A stretch of 64,000 nt of DNA, from NCBI GenBank assembly GCA_964411135.1, contig CAYPJS010000078.1, forward strand, positions 111,495-175,494, given 5' to 3'. Both the position numbers and the translations under genes were made by a program. Each line of letters begins with the position of its first letter. Position 1 is the stretch's first letter. The stretch is from an uncultured Anaerolinea sp. (GTDB taxonomy: Bacteria > Chloroflexota > Anaerolineae > Anaerolineales > Anaerolineaceae). Positions 56,446-64,000 of this stretch are shown piece after piece. Under the pieces are notes generated by a model. That model had not been told where the DNA came from. It worked only from the letters and a program-made list of their open reading frames with translations, and ran no database searches.

Positions 56446-58341
56446 CTATCCCCCTGCCTTGCCCCCCAGCTTCCGCACGTCCCCATCCCGTACGGTCACG
56501 CCTATCGCGTCCAGATGCTCCAGGAACGCCAGGGCGTACTTGCGGCTGGTATTGAACCGGTCGCGGAACTGCGCAGCCGTCAGGCTGCCTTCCTGCTCCA
56601 GGGTCTGCAGCACGGTTTCGCGCATCTGCTGGTAGTCCTCCAGGCGGAAGAGTACCTCAGGTGAAACTGCGATCAAGTCGCCGCGTTCGATCAACCCGGC
56701 CAGCAGCTCCTCGCCAACCAACGCGGCGCTGTCCTTGACGCTGGGCGTGGCGTACGGTGCAGCGGCAAACTGGCGCAGCAGGGCGTCCGCTCTGGCTTGC
56801 TGGGCAGGCGAGAACTTGATCTCGAAATCGGGCAGTTTTAATGTCTGACCGGTTTCGGCCAGCTTCCCGTTCTTAAGCAGCTCCGAAACCAGCATCTGGA
56901 AGATGCGCGGGGTTAGCTTGAGACGGCTTTTGAGCATCTCGCGCGGCATGCCGGCGCGCAGCGGATTTCCGGCATGGAAGTTGGCTACTTCCTGCTGCAA
57001 GCGGCCTATTTCGCGATTCCAGACGGCTGTATGCGCCGCCAGCCCGTCGGGGGTATCCTTTTCCAGCAGAAGCAGCTGTCCAGCCGGGACAACCTCGTCC
57101 AAAGCTGCCTTTGCCTGCTGATCGTCCAGCCGGGCGCGGCGCAACATGTCACGCAGCGAGACGATGCCCAGCGTCAGTGCAGCCTGCAGCAGCACTTCGG
57201 CAGGCGTGCCGGCCGTCAGGGCTTTAAGGCGGTCAAGCATGGCAGGGTCCTGGCGCCTGTGCCGTCCCTTCGGGTCGGGGTCAAGCACCACGCCGCCGCC
57301 GAGCGTTTCTCCAGGAGAGGGTCTGCGCAGAATATAGCGGTCGCCGCGCACTGCCGCTACCGGATCGCGCAGTTCGATTTGCAGGAAACCTTCATCCCCG
57401 GGAATCATCTGATCCGCCCCCAACACACGTACACGCCCAAGGATCTCGCTGCTGCCAACAAACACTTTGACCTCGCTGCTATGTTTAAGCGGACCTGCAA
57501 GGTCCTTCAACATGCGGAAGCTGACGTCCAACCGCTGACTGGCGTGATACTGCCCGGGCCGGGTCAACACGTCGCCGCGCTTAATCTGGCTGACATCCAG
57601 CCCGCTGACATTAACCGCCGTCCGGCTGCCCGGAGCTGCCAGGGATTCCTTTTGCCTGTGGGTTTGCAGTCCGCGCACCCTGCCGCGGTAACCCGACGGC
57701 ACAATTTCGAGTTCATCGCCTGTTTTCAGACTGCCATCCACCAGCGTGCCTGTGACGATGGTGCCAAACCCTGACATGGTAAAGACCCTGTCAACCGGCA
57801 GCCTGGGCCGTCCGAGGTCTGGTTTGGTAGGAGTCTCTTCCAGCAGGGCTGCCAACGCTTGCTTGAGGGTGTCAAGCCCCGCACCTGTCCGGGCAGAAAC
57901 CCGCACCACAGCCGAGTCCTGCAGGACCGTGCCTGCCAGCGTATCGCGCATATCAGTTTCCACCAGATCCAGCCAGTCGTCGTCCGGCACCAGATCGATC
58001 TTGGTCAGCACGATCAGGCCGCGTTGAACCTGCAGCAAGTCGAGGATCGCCAGATGCTCGCGGGTCTGGGGCATGACGCCCTCATCCGCTGCCACCACAA
58101 ACAGGGCAGCATCAATGCCGCCCACACCCGCCAGCATATTCTCAATAAAGTCGCGATGTCCGGGCACATCGATTATTCCAACGGTTTCGCCGTTGGGCAG
58201 CGGCAGCCAGCCGAAGCCCAGGTCGATGGTCATTTCCCGTTCGCGTTCCTCGCGCAGCCGGTCAGGATGGACGCCGGTTAATGCTGCAATCAGCGTTGAT
58301 TTTCCGTGATCAACATGCCCGGCAGTCCCAATTACGTGCAT
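56446..58341 (-). CDS. selB: Selenocysteine-specific elongation factor SelB
   Basis: GTAGHVDHGKS, DRL.EE..R.MTIDLGF, DVPGH, P.DRVFT..G.GT.VTGT, R.A.N, C-terminal winged helices ending TSRKYA..FLEHLD. Confidence 0.97.
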   Translation of the reverse strand: MHVIGTAGHVDHGKSTLIAALTGVHPDRLREEREREMTIDLGFGWLPLPNGETVGIIDVPGHRDFIENMLAGVGGIDAALFVVAADEGVMPQTREHLAILDLLQVQRGLIVLTKIDLVPDDDWLDLVETDMRDTLAGTVLQDSAVVRVSARTGAGLDTLKQALAALLEETPTKPDLGRPRLPVDRVFTMSGFGTIVTGTLVDGSLKTGDELEIVPSGYRGRVRGLQTHRQKESLAAPGSRTAVNVSGLDVSQIKRGDVLTRPGQYHASQRLDVSFRMLKDLAGPLKHSSEVKVFVGSSEILGRVRVLGADQMIPGDEGFLQIELRDPVAAVRGDRYILRRPSPGETLGGGVVLDPDPKGRHRRQDPAMLDRLKALTAGTPAEVLLQAALTLGIVSLRDMLRRARLDDQQAKAALDEVVPAGQLLLLEKDTPDGLAAHTAVWNREIGRLQQEVANFHAGNPLRAGMPREMLKSRLKLTPRIFQMLVSELLKNGKLAETGQTLKLPDFEIKFSPAQQARADALLRQFAAAPYATPSVKDSAALVGEELLAGLIERGDLIAVSPEVLFRLEDYQQMRETVLQTLEQEGSLTAAQFRDRFNTSRKYALAFLEHLDAIGVTVRDGDVRKLGGKAGG

Positions 58342-58353
58342 CCCATGCCCCTC

Positions 58354-59532
58354 TTAGCGGCTGGTCGGAATCGCCTGTTCGTGCTTTTCTGCCCAATCAC
58401 GCGCGATTCCCAGCAGGCTGTTGAGCCGCTTCTGGGTTTCATCCGCCATCTGATGCACCAGATCCTGCATCTCCTGCATTTGATCCTCCAACAGGATCAG
58501 GCGTTCCTCGAGTTTTCCGAACTGGCGGGTCAACTCCCGATTCTGCTCTTCCTGAGCCAGGGTGTAATTCGTCCAGCGCTTTTGATCGTCAGCCTTGAAG
58601 CCCACCCATTCCTGACGGAAGCGGTCCTCGATCAGGCGCTGCATTTCGGTGATCTCGTTGATGCGGCGTTCGAAACGCGCAGTAATTTCATCGAAGGCTT
58701 CCTGCGAACGTTTGACCGCCCGGTGGGTGGCGTCCAACGACTGAAGCTGCGACTCTAGGTTTTGCGACTGGCTCTCGACCTGCTCGAAGCGCCCCTGCAT
58801 CTCGCGCCAGACCCGGTCACGTTCCATGATGGCCATATTTTGCTTTTCCATGAAAGCCACCTGGCTTTGCCGCCGCTCATTCTCTCCCGCCAGGATTTCG
58901 CTGATGCGCAATTCCAACTTACGCATGGAATCGGTGGTCAGGTCAGTACGCCCGCGCTGCTCCTCAATCCGCTTGCGTATGGCACTTACCTCGCCCTGAA
59001 GATCGGTCAGGCGTTTGGCATCCTGCCGCTGACCTTCGTCCAGCAATTTGATCTGGCGGCGGTACTCCTCGTCCGAGCGGCGGATGGAGGCCAGTTTTGT
59101 GGCCAGTTCTTCGATCTCCGTTCCCAGCCGGTTCTCTCCCTCAATGCGAGCCTGCAGCCCTTTTTTAAGATCGGGGATTCCTTCCTGGCTCTTACGGATT
59201 TCTCCCATGGTTCGGTTAAGCGATTCCAAATCTGCCAGCCGAACTTTTTCATGGTCGCGTTCTCGTTCAGCGCGCAGTTTTTCAACTTCCTGAACCTGCC
59301 GCGATGAATCCACCCGCAATTGGCCAATGCTGTTTTCAATCTGTTCAAAGCGCGTAAGGGACATGCTCACCCGGGCGAGATCGCCTTCAAGGGTGCCAAT
59401 TTTTTGATCTACCGGCGTGATGCGTTCCTCGAGATCGGCAATCCTGTCCTGCAGGGTCGCGATCAGCAGTTTATCTTTACGCCGTTCCTCATCCAGCCAG
59501 TCCAGCTGTTTTTTAACTTGATCTGTATCCAT
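58354..59532 (-). CDS. Long coiled-coil protein of unknown function
   Basis: 392 aa, almost entirely E/Q/R/K/L-rich heptad-like sequence; no enzymatic motif or TM. Confidence 0.85.
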   Translation of the reverse strand: MDTDQVKKQLDWLDEERRKDKLLIATLQDRIADLEERITPVDQKIGTLEGDLARVSMSLTRFEQIENSIGQLRVDSSRQVQEVEKLRAERERDHEKVRLADLESLNRTMGEIRKSQEGIPDLKKGLQARIEGENRLGTEIEELATKLASIRRSDEEYRRQIKLLDEGQRQDAKRLTDLQGEVSAIRKRIEEQRGRTDLTTDSMRKLELRISEILAGENERRQSQVAFMEKQNMAIMERDRVWREMQGRFEQVESQSQNLESQLQSLDATHRAVKRSQEAFDEITARFERRINEITEMQRLIEDRFRQEWVGFKADDQKRWTNYTLAQEEQNRELTRQFGKLEERLILLEDQMQEMQDLVHQMADETQKRLNSLLGIARDWAEKHEQAIPTSR

Positions 59533-59694
59533 TGGAATTCCTCGTAAAGGGGAAAATTTTCAATATTTCGTTATCATACCCGTGACGATATTAATATTAT
59601 ACGTGATCGCAGGAGTGGCAGGAATTGTACCATCTCAAAAAAAAATATCTGGGGAGCGGGACGGGGTTCCAGACCCTTTCCTTGAGTTACAAAA

Positions 59695-61089
59695 TTAGAA
59701 TATCTGGGGAAAAGCCTGCAGGATAAAAATAATCGAGTGATAAAACGTTTGTGGAAAGATTCCAAACAACAACAGGAACAGGATTCCACCAATCAGAATC
59801 ACCCGCTCCGGCCAGTTTTCACCCAGGTGCCAGGATCGGTCCTCAGAATGCACCAACTCTGAGAGCACCTGGATAGCGCTGAAAACCAGTCCCGCAGTGC
59901 CGACTGCAGCCCCAATGAATGCGGTTTGAGAAATTTCAGCCAGCTGCTCGAATACCTCCAACCGCACCGGCAGCCCGGCCAGCAAAGGGAAGCCGGCGAT
60001 CGAAAGCAGGGAACTCAACAGGCCAAGGGAAATCAACGGATACTTGTGTGCCAATCCGCGCACACCAGCCAGTGTCAGGGGTATAGCATGATTTTCAAGG
60101 CTGGCGAGGGAGAATGCCAGAACCAGAAGGGCCAGCAGCCGCGGCATGAACGACGCCGCGAACAGCATCCATCCCGGCAGATTGTTCAAACTAATGGCAA
60201 ACAGGGCAAACCCCGTCTCAAAGATAACGGCGTAGCCAAAAATTCGCGCCAGGTTAACTTGAAACATAGCCCACAACCCGGCGGTGAAAACCATCATTAC
60301 AGCCACAACCCGCAGCACATTATAAAGATCTTCAGAAGAGCGTAAGAAAGGCGTGGCATTGATAAAGTCCAGGCCGAGCAGCAGGATGGCAGTGGGCAAA
60401 AGACTGAGGACGAAACCAACCGGGAACGGATGGGTTTCCGTCATCATCATCGGCAGCCAGTTATAAAATGGGAAAACCGCGAGCCAGAAGGCAAAACCCA
60501 GTCCAAGGAAGAGACCCGCACGGTTGAAAGAGGCTGTCTCAGCTGGATTAACGCCAGCAGCATTCATCAACCACCCAGCAAAAAGGATAGCTGGCACAGC
60601 CAGAGTTTGAAAGATAAGGTACCGCTGCAATCCCGGTCCAACTGGCCTGCCAGGCGGTGACAAAAATGGGATGCTGAACAGGACGGCGGTTTCGACTAAT
60701 AAAGCCGCATACAGGAAGGGTTCAACAGCCAATGCTGCTACCAACGCAGCCAGCATACCCAGGCCAAAAGGCGCAAACAATCGGTGGGGCCAGGCCATCA
60801 ATGCCAGCCCAAACCAGACTGCGCCAATACCGTACAGCAGTGTCAGGATCATCCGGTCTTCAGGTGACAGGATAAAACGCCGTCCCAGAACCGGCAGCGT
60901 GGACGACAGGGTAAAACTGAGGCTGCCCAGATTCACTGGAGCGTTGATTGGAATGACTGCAGCTGCCAAACTCAAAATAAAGCACAATCCAGCAGACAAT
61001 CCCAGCGTCAGATTTTGATTTCTACGCAGGGACCACAGAAACAAACCTCCCGCGGCGGGGACCACTACCCATAAAACCGGTGCACTCAA
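59695..61089 (-). CDS. Proton-conducting-transporter (NuoN/MrpD-like) membrane subunit, degenerate
   Basis: About 14 TM; RYLIFQ, FPFYNWLP, Q.NL.RIFGYA, SIAGFPLLAG align with antiporter-like subunit motifs. Confidence 0.8.
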   Translation of the reverse strand: MSAPVLWVVVPAAGGLFLWSLRRNQNLTLGLSAGLCFILSLAAAVIPINAPVNLGSLSFTLSSTLPVLGRRFILSPEDRMILTLLYGIGAVWFGLALMAWPHRLFAPFGLGMLAALVAALAVEPFLYAALLVETAVLFSIPFLSPPGRPVGPGLQRYLIFQTLAVPAILFAGWLMNAAGVNPAETASFNRAGLFLGLGFAFWLAVFPFYNWLPMMMTETHPFPVGFVLSLLPTAILLLGLDFINATPFLRSSEDLYNVLRVVAVMMVFTAGLWAMFQVNLARIFGYAVIFETGFALFAISLNNLPGWMLFAASFMPRLLALLVLAFSLASLENHAIPLTLAGVRGLAHKYPLISLGLLSSLLSIAGFPLLAGLPVRLEVFEQLAEISQTAFIGAAVGTAGLVFSAIQVLSELVHSEDRSWHLGENWPERVILIGGILFLLLFGIFPQTFYHSIIFILQAFPQIF

Positions 61090-61670
61090 GGCTGTTCCTC
61101 CACTGGGAGGAGGCTTAACCAGTAAGCGCCGGTCAGGGCTATGCCGAGAGTAACCAGTGCCAGCAGGCCGGCCACTAGGATGGACGAGACGACCGCCGCA
61201 TAGATGATTTCAAAACCACATAATACATTCATCAGGCCAAGGATGATACGGAATGGCCCGGAGGTCATGCCCAACTGCAGCAGCCCCATTCCGATCAGCA
61301 GGATACTGCTGAATAGTGCAGGAAAGGTCAATGGAATCCAATCGGTGCCATTCGGGGCAACGGAAAAAGCCAGAATGACCGACAAACTGGCTGCCAGGAT
61401 TCGGAAAATTTTTCCCGAAACGGCGGTGGTTGGCACGGGCAATCCGCCCAAGGCGTTGACAGAGGAGCCAAGGATTGCAGCCGCCATCCAGCCTGAAATC
61501 AACTTTACAGACGCCAGCCCGATCGGCCATACCTGAGCTACAAACCAAAACACGCCCAGGTACTGGATTGCCACAGCTAAAATGTTGATGCGCCATTTCT
61601 CAGTCCAGAGCAGAGAAATGGAAGCCCCAAGCACAAGGACGGCTGCGATGATGTCGAAGATCTGCATCAA
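61086..61670 (-). CDS. Small polytopic membrane protein, distantly HyfE/NuoK-like
   Basis: 194 aa with about six TM, sandwiched between two antiporter-like genes; family call tentative. Confidence 0.65.
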   Translation of the reverse strand: MMQIFDIIAAVLVLGASISLLWTEKWRINILAVAIQYLGVFWFVAQVWPIGLASVKLISGWMAAAILGSSVNALGGLPVPTTAVSGKIFRILAASLSVILAFSVAPNGTDWIPLTFPALFSSILLIGMGLLQLGMTSGPFRIILGLMNVLCGFEIIYAAVVSSILVAGLLALVTLGIALTGAYWLSLLPVEEQP

Positions 61671-61671
61671 G

Positions 61672-63267
61672 TTATCCTGTCCGAGTCGCGAGCAGAGTCA
61701 GCATCAAAGCCAGGAGCAGGAAAGCCCAAAGGACACCGCCCTCCCCCTCGAACAAAATAGTCAGAAAACTAACAAGGCGCCGTAATCCGCGATAAATGAA
61801 CCATAAAAAATTGGAGAGCCAGGTCAGGCGGAAAATCCCAGAAATGCGACTCCACCAAACCTTCGCTGACGCCCAATTACCGGAAGCTGAAATTGCCATT
61901 GGAAGGGCTATAAACCGTGCTCGCGCACCGGTGAATATGGCAGCCAATGCAAAAACAGCCAGACCGATCAACCAAGGACCGATTTGCATTCCTCCTTCGA
62001 TCCCCAACCAGACGGTAACCCAGCCGCTGACGATCAAGAGGATTAAACCCAGGGGGTAGGTCCCTCGCACCCAGCCATCCAGTTGTGAAAAATTCTCATC
62101 GTTGCGGAAGGCGTGTTTGATAAATCCGGCCAGGGTGAGCGCCGTAGTCAAAATAACCAGGATCTCGCCAAAACCGACGGGCTGTACAAACAACCCTGAC
62201 CAACCCCTGGCTGGGATGCTAAATGGCAAGCCGCTAATCATCAAAGTGGCAAGGATGGGCAAGAATACCAGGTTCCGCCCTCTTGCCGAAAAAAGAAAGA
62301 GAAATGTCCCGCCGAAAATTAACATCAAACCCCAGGGCAGTACCTGTAAAGGATTGCCCTGTAAAACACACAGAAAACCAAGCCCGGCGGTGGTCAATAA
62401 CCAATACTGCCTGCCTTCGATTTCATTGTGTGCAGACAGCCACATGGAAGCGCCGTACAAACTTAAAACCACCATCACCCCATACATCAATGAATGCCAA
62501 TTTTCCAACCCTTGCAGGCTTGAAATGCGGGCTAAGGCAGCCATCCCGCCTGCGTATGCAGCAACGCGTAAGAATGATATTAATCCCCGCTGGAAAGGAA
62601 TATCAACCGCAAACGTCAAGTTCAGGGGCAGCAGCCCAAGCCGTATCCCGATAGCTAACAGCACCAACAAACTGGCGGTAGCATTCATGGTGGAAAATTC
62701 CAGGGGGAATCCATCCGTCCTCTGATACACCAACGCCCCAACAATCAAAAAAGTACTGATACTTTTAACTACGAATACCATCAAACCGCGTGAGGTAAAC
62801 CGCCATGTCCGCGATAATCTCAAAACCACCAGGAAATCGAGCGTATCTAATGGAACCAACGCCAACACAAATGCCAGCGGGGTTTCGGCCATCACAACCA
62901 GAATCCCAAGTGCAGCAACGCCCATGTTTGCAGCCCAAGTGGCCGGGTTGGAGCGTAGCTGCAAGCGTGCACTGGCTGTCATCAAAATTGCAAGGCAGGC
63001 ACTGACCAGGGCAAGGCTAAACGGCCAGGAAATCTCATCCCATCCATAGCGAATTGGGTCTGCCGTAATCGGGTCAAATGGCCGCCAGGGGGCAATTTCG
63101 ATCGGGGTCAGCGAAAGCCAATGGGATGCCAGCACCCCTCCCCAGATGATCAACATCATTATTATCGATGTAAGGTAGGCATAACCTGTGCCGCGAGGTA
63201 AAAAGCGCAGGGTGAACACCACCAGGGCTGAGAGTAACAGCAGGATGACAGGCAGCAATGTTAACAT
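61672..63267 (-). CDS. Large membrane protein, highly divergent NuoL/MrpA-like antiporter subunit
   Basis: About 16 TM; LAIGIRLGLLPL resembles KSAQ.P/KLG..P; AASMWLS...ISGLPFS resemble later antiporter motifs; tentative. Confidence 0.65.
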   Translation of the reverse strand: MLTLLPVILLLLSALVVFTLRFLPRGTGYAYLTSIIMMLIIWGGVLASHWLSLTPIEIAPWRPFDPITADPIRYGWDEISWPFSLALVSACLAILMTASARLQLRSNPATWAANMGVAALGILVVMAETPLAFVLALVPLDTLDFLVVLRLSRTWRFTSRGLMVFVVKSISTFLIVGALVYQRTDGFPLEFSTMNATASLLVLLAIGIRLGLLPLNLTFAVDIPFQRGLISFLRVAAYAGGMAALARISSLQGLENWHSLMYGVMVVLSLYGASMWLSAHNEIEGRQYWLLTTAGLGFLCVLQGNPLQVLPWGLMLIFGGTFLFLFSARGRNLVFLPILATLMISGLPFSIPARGWSGLFVQPVGFGEILVILTTALTLAGFIKHAFRNDENFSQLDGWVRGTYPLGLILLIVSGWVTVWLGIEGGMQIGPWLIGLAVFALAAIFTGARARFIALPMAISASGNWASAKVWWSRISGIFRLTWLSNFLWFIYRGLRRLVSFLTILFEGEGGVLWAFLLLALMLTLLATRTG

Positions 63268-63274
63268 GGACAGC

Positions 63275-64000
63275 CTAGATCAATTCCTCGAAAGGTTTTC
63301 GATGAATGAATTGACCCATTCCGGCCTGACCGTACCATTGACCCTCATTGACAATCAATTTACCCCGCAGAAAGACCTTTTCGATCGCCCCATCCAATTT
63401 CCACCCTTCGTAAAGGTTGTAATCGGTGCGCTGAGCTGAATGTGCAGTACCGTAGGTTAAATTCCTCTTCGGATCCAGAATGATCAGGTCAGCATCTGCA
63501 CCCGGGTTGATATTTCCCTTTTGAGGATACATACCGAAGATCTTTGCGGGGTTGGTACTGGTTAATTCCACAAAGCGATTGGGGGTAATCCGACCGCTGG
63601 CAACTGCTTTGCTCCAAAACACTGGCATGCGGTCACCAACTCCTGGCAGGCCGTTTGGAATTCTGGTGAAATCGTCTTTGCCAAGTTCTTTTCCCGGGAT
63701 GGCTATTTGGGTGCCCTCATACGATATGGCATGCGCACCGTCGAAGAAAAACGGACAGTGATCGGTTGCCAGTACCTGAATGGTACCATCCTCAATCCCC
63801 TGCCACAATCGAGCCTGGTCTGGTTCACCGCGCAGGGGGGGCGAACAAACAAATTTTGCACCATCCTTTTGGGCCAGATTGTCCTCAGTAAAAAAGAGAT
63901 ACTGCGGGCAGGTCTCCCCCATGACAGACAATCCATTTTCACGGGCATATTCAAGCATGTCAACTTCACCGCCCACGTTCATATGCACGATGTACAATGG
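63275..64000 (-). CDS. hydA: Dihydropyrimidinase / D-hydantoinase, C-terminal part (gene starts beyond the window)
   Basis: YIVH, GETCPQYL, KFVCSPPLR, ATDHCPF, IPNGLPGV, STNPAKIFGMYP.KG.I.PGADAD. Confidence 0.9.
   Translation of the reverse strand, partial: PLYIVHMNVGGEVDMLEYARENGLSVMGETCPQYLFFTEDNLAQKDGAKFVCSPPLRGEPDQARLWQGIEDGTIQVLATDHCPFFFDGAHAISYEGTQIAIPGKELGKDDFTRIPNGLPGVGDRMPVFWSKAVASGRITPNRFVELTSTNPAKIFGMYPQKGNINPGADADLIILDPKRNLTYGTAHSAQRTDYNLYEGWKLDGAIEKVFLRGKLIVNEGQWYGQAGMGQFIHRKPFEELI

Noticed and set aside
56974-57774. 266-aa plus-strand ORF
   Set aside because: Antisense shadow of GC-rich selB.

Overview
64 kb of bacterial chromosome, mostly housekeeping and metabolic genes (RSH, udk, dinB, recJ, tgt, uppP, ttuB/ttuA, glnA, recA, ahcY, pdhABC, ppdK, hpt, tdk, rplU-rpmA-rpmE, selB, a partial dihydropyrimidinase) plus one tRNA-Thr(CGT). 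I infer an Anaerolineae-like Chloroflexota source from the gene families (NBR1-Ig lipoprotein, Pro/Thr-linker surface proteins, STAND-BTAD regulator); this was not verified. No CRISPR array, rRNA or mobile element was seen. The best candidate for an undescribed system is the minus-strand cluster at 1-5162: a MalT-like NTPase-TPR-wHTH-BTAD regulator, a direct-repeat promoter, a 45-aa signal-peptide-like peptide missing from the ORF track (1571-1708), a DUF5317-type membrane protein with signal peptidase II-like catalytic motifs, a core-less NHLP-leader-like protein and a GAF protein running off the window. Together they look like a peptide-processing and sensing circuit. Other notable items: ribosomal protein L31 fused to an RNA polymerase alpha-CTD-like domain, a long RSH with an intact hydrolase but eroded synthetase, a ~350-nt structured glnA leader ending in a terminator, a probable CC-adding tRNA nucleotidyltransferase, and three orphan degenerate Mrp/Nuo-like membrane subunits. 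All family assignments come from reading motifs by eye; no database search was run.
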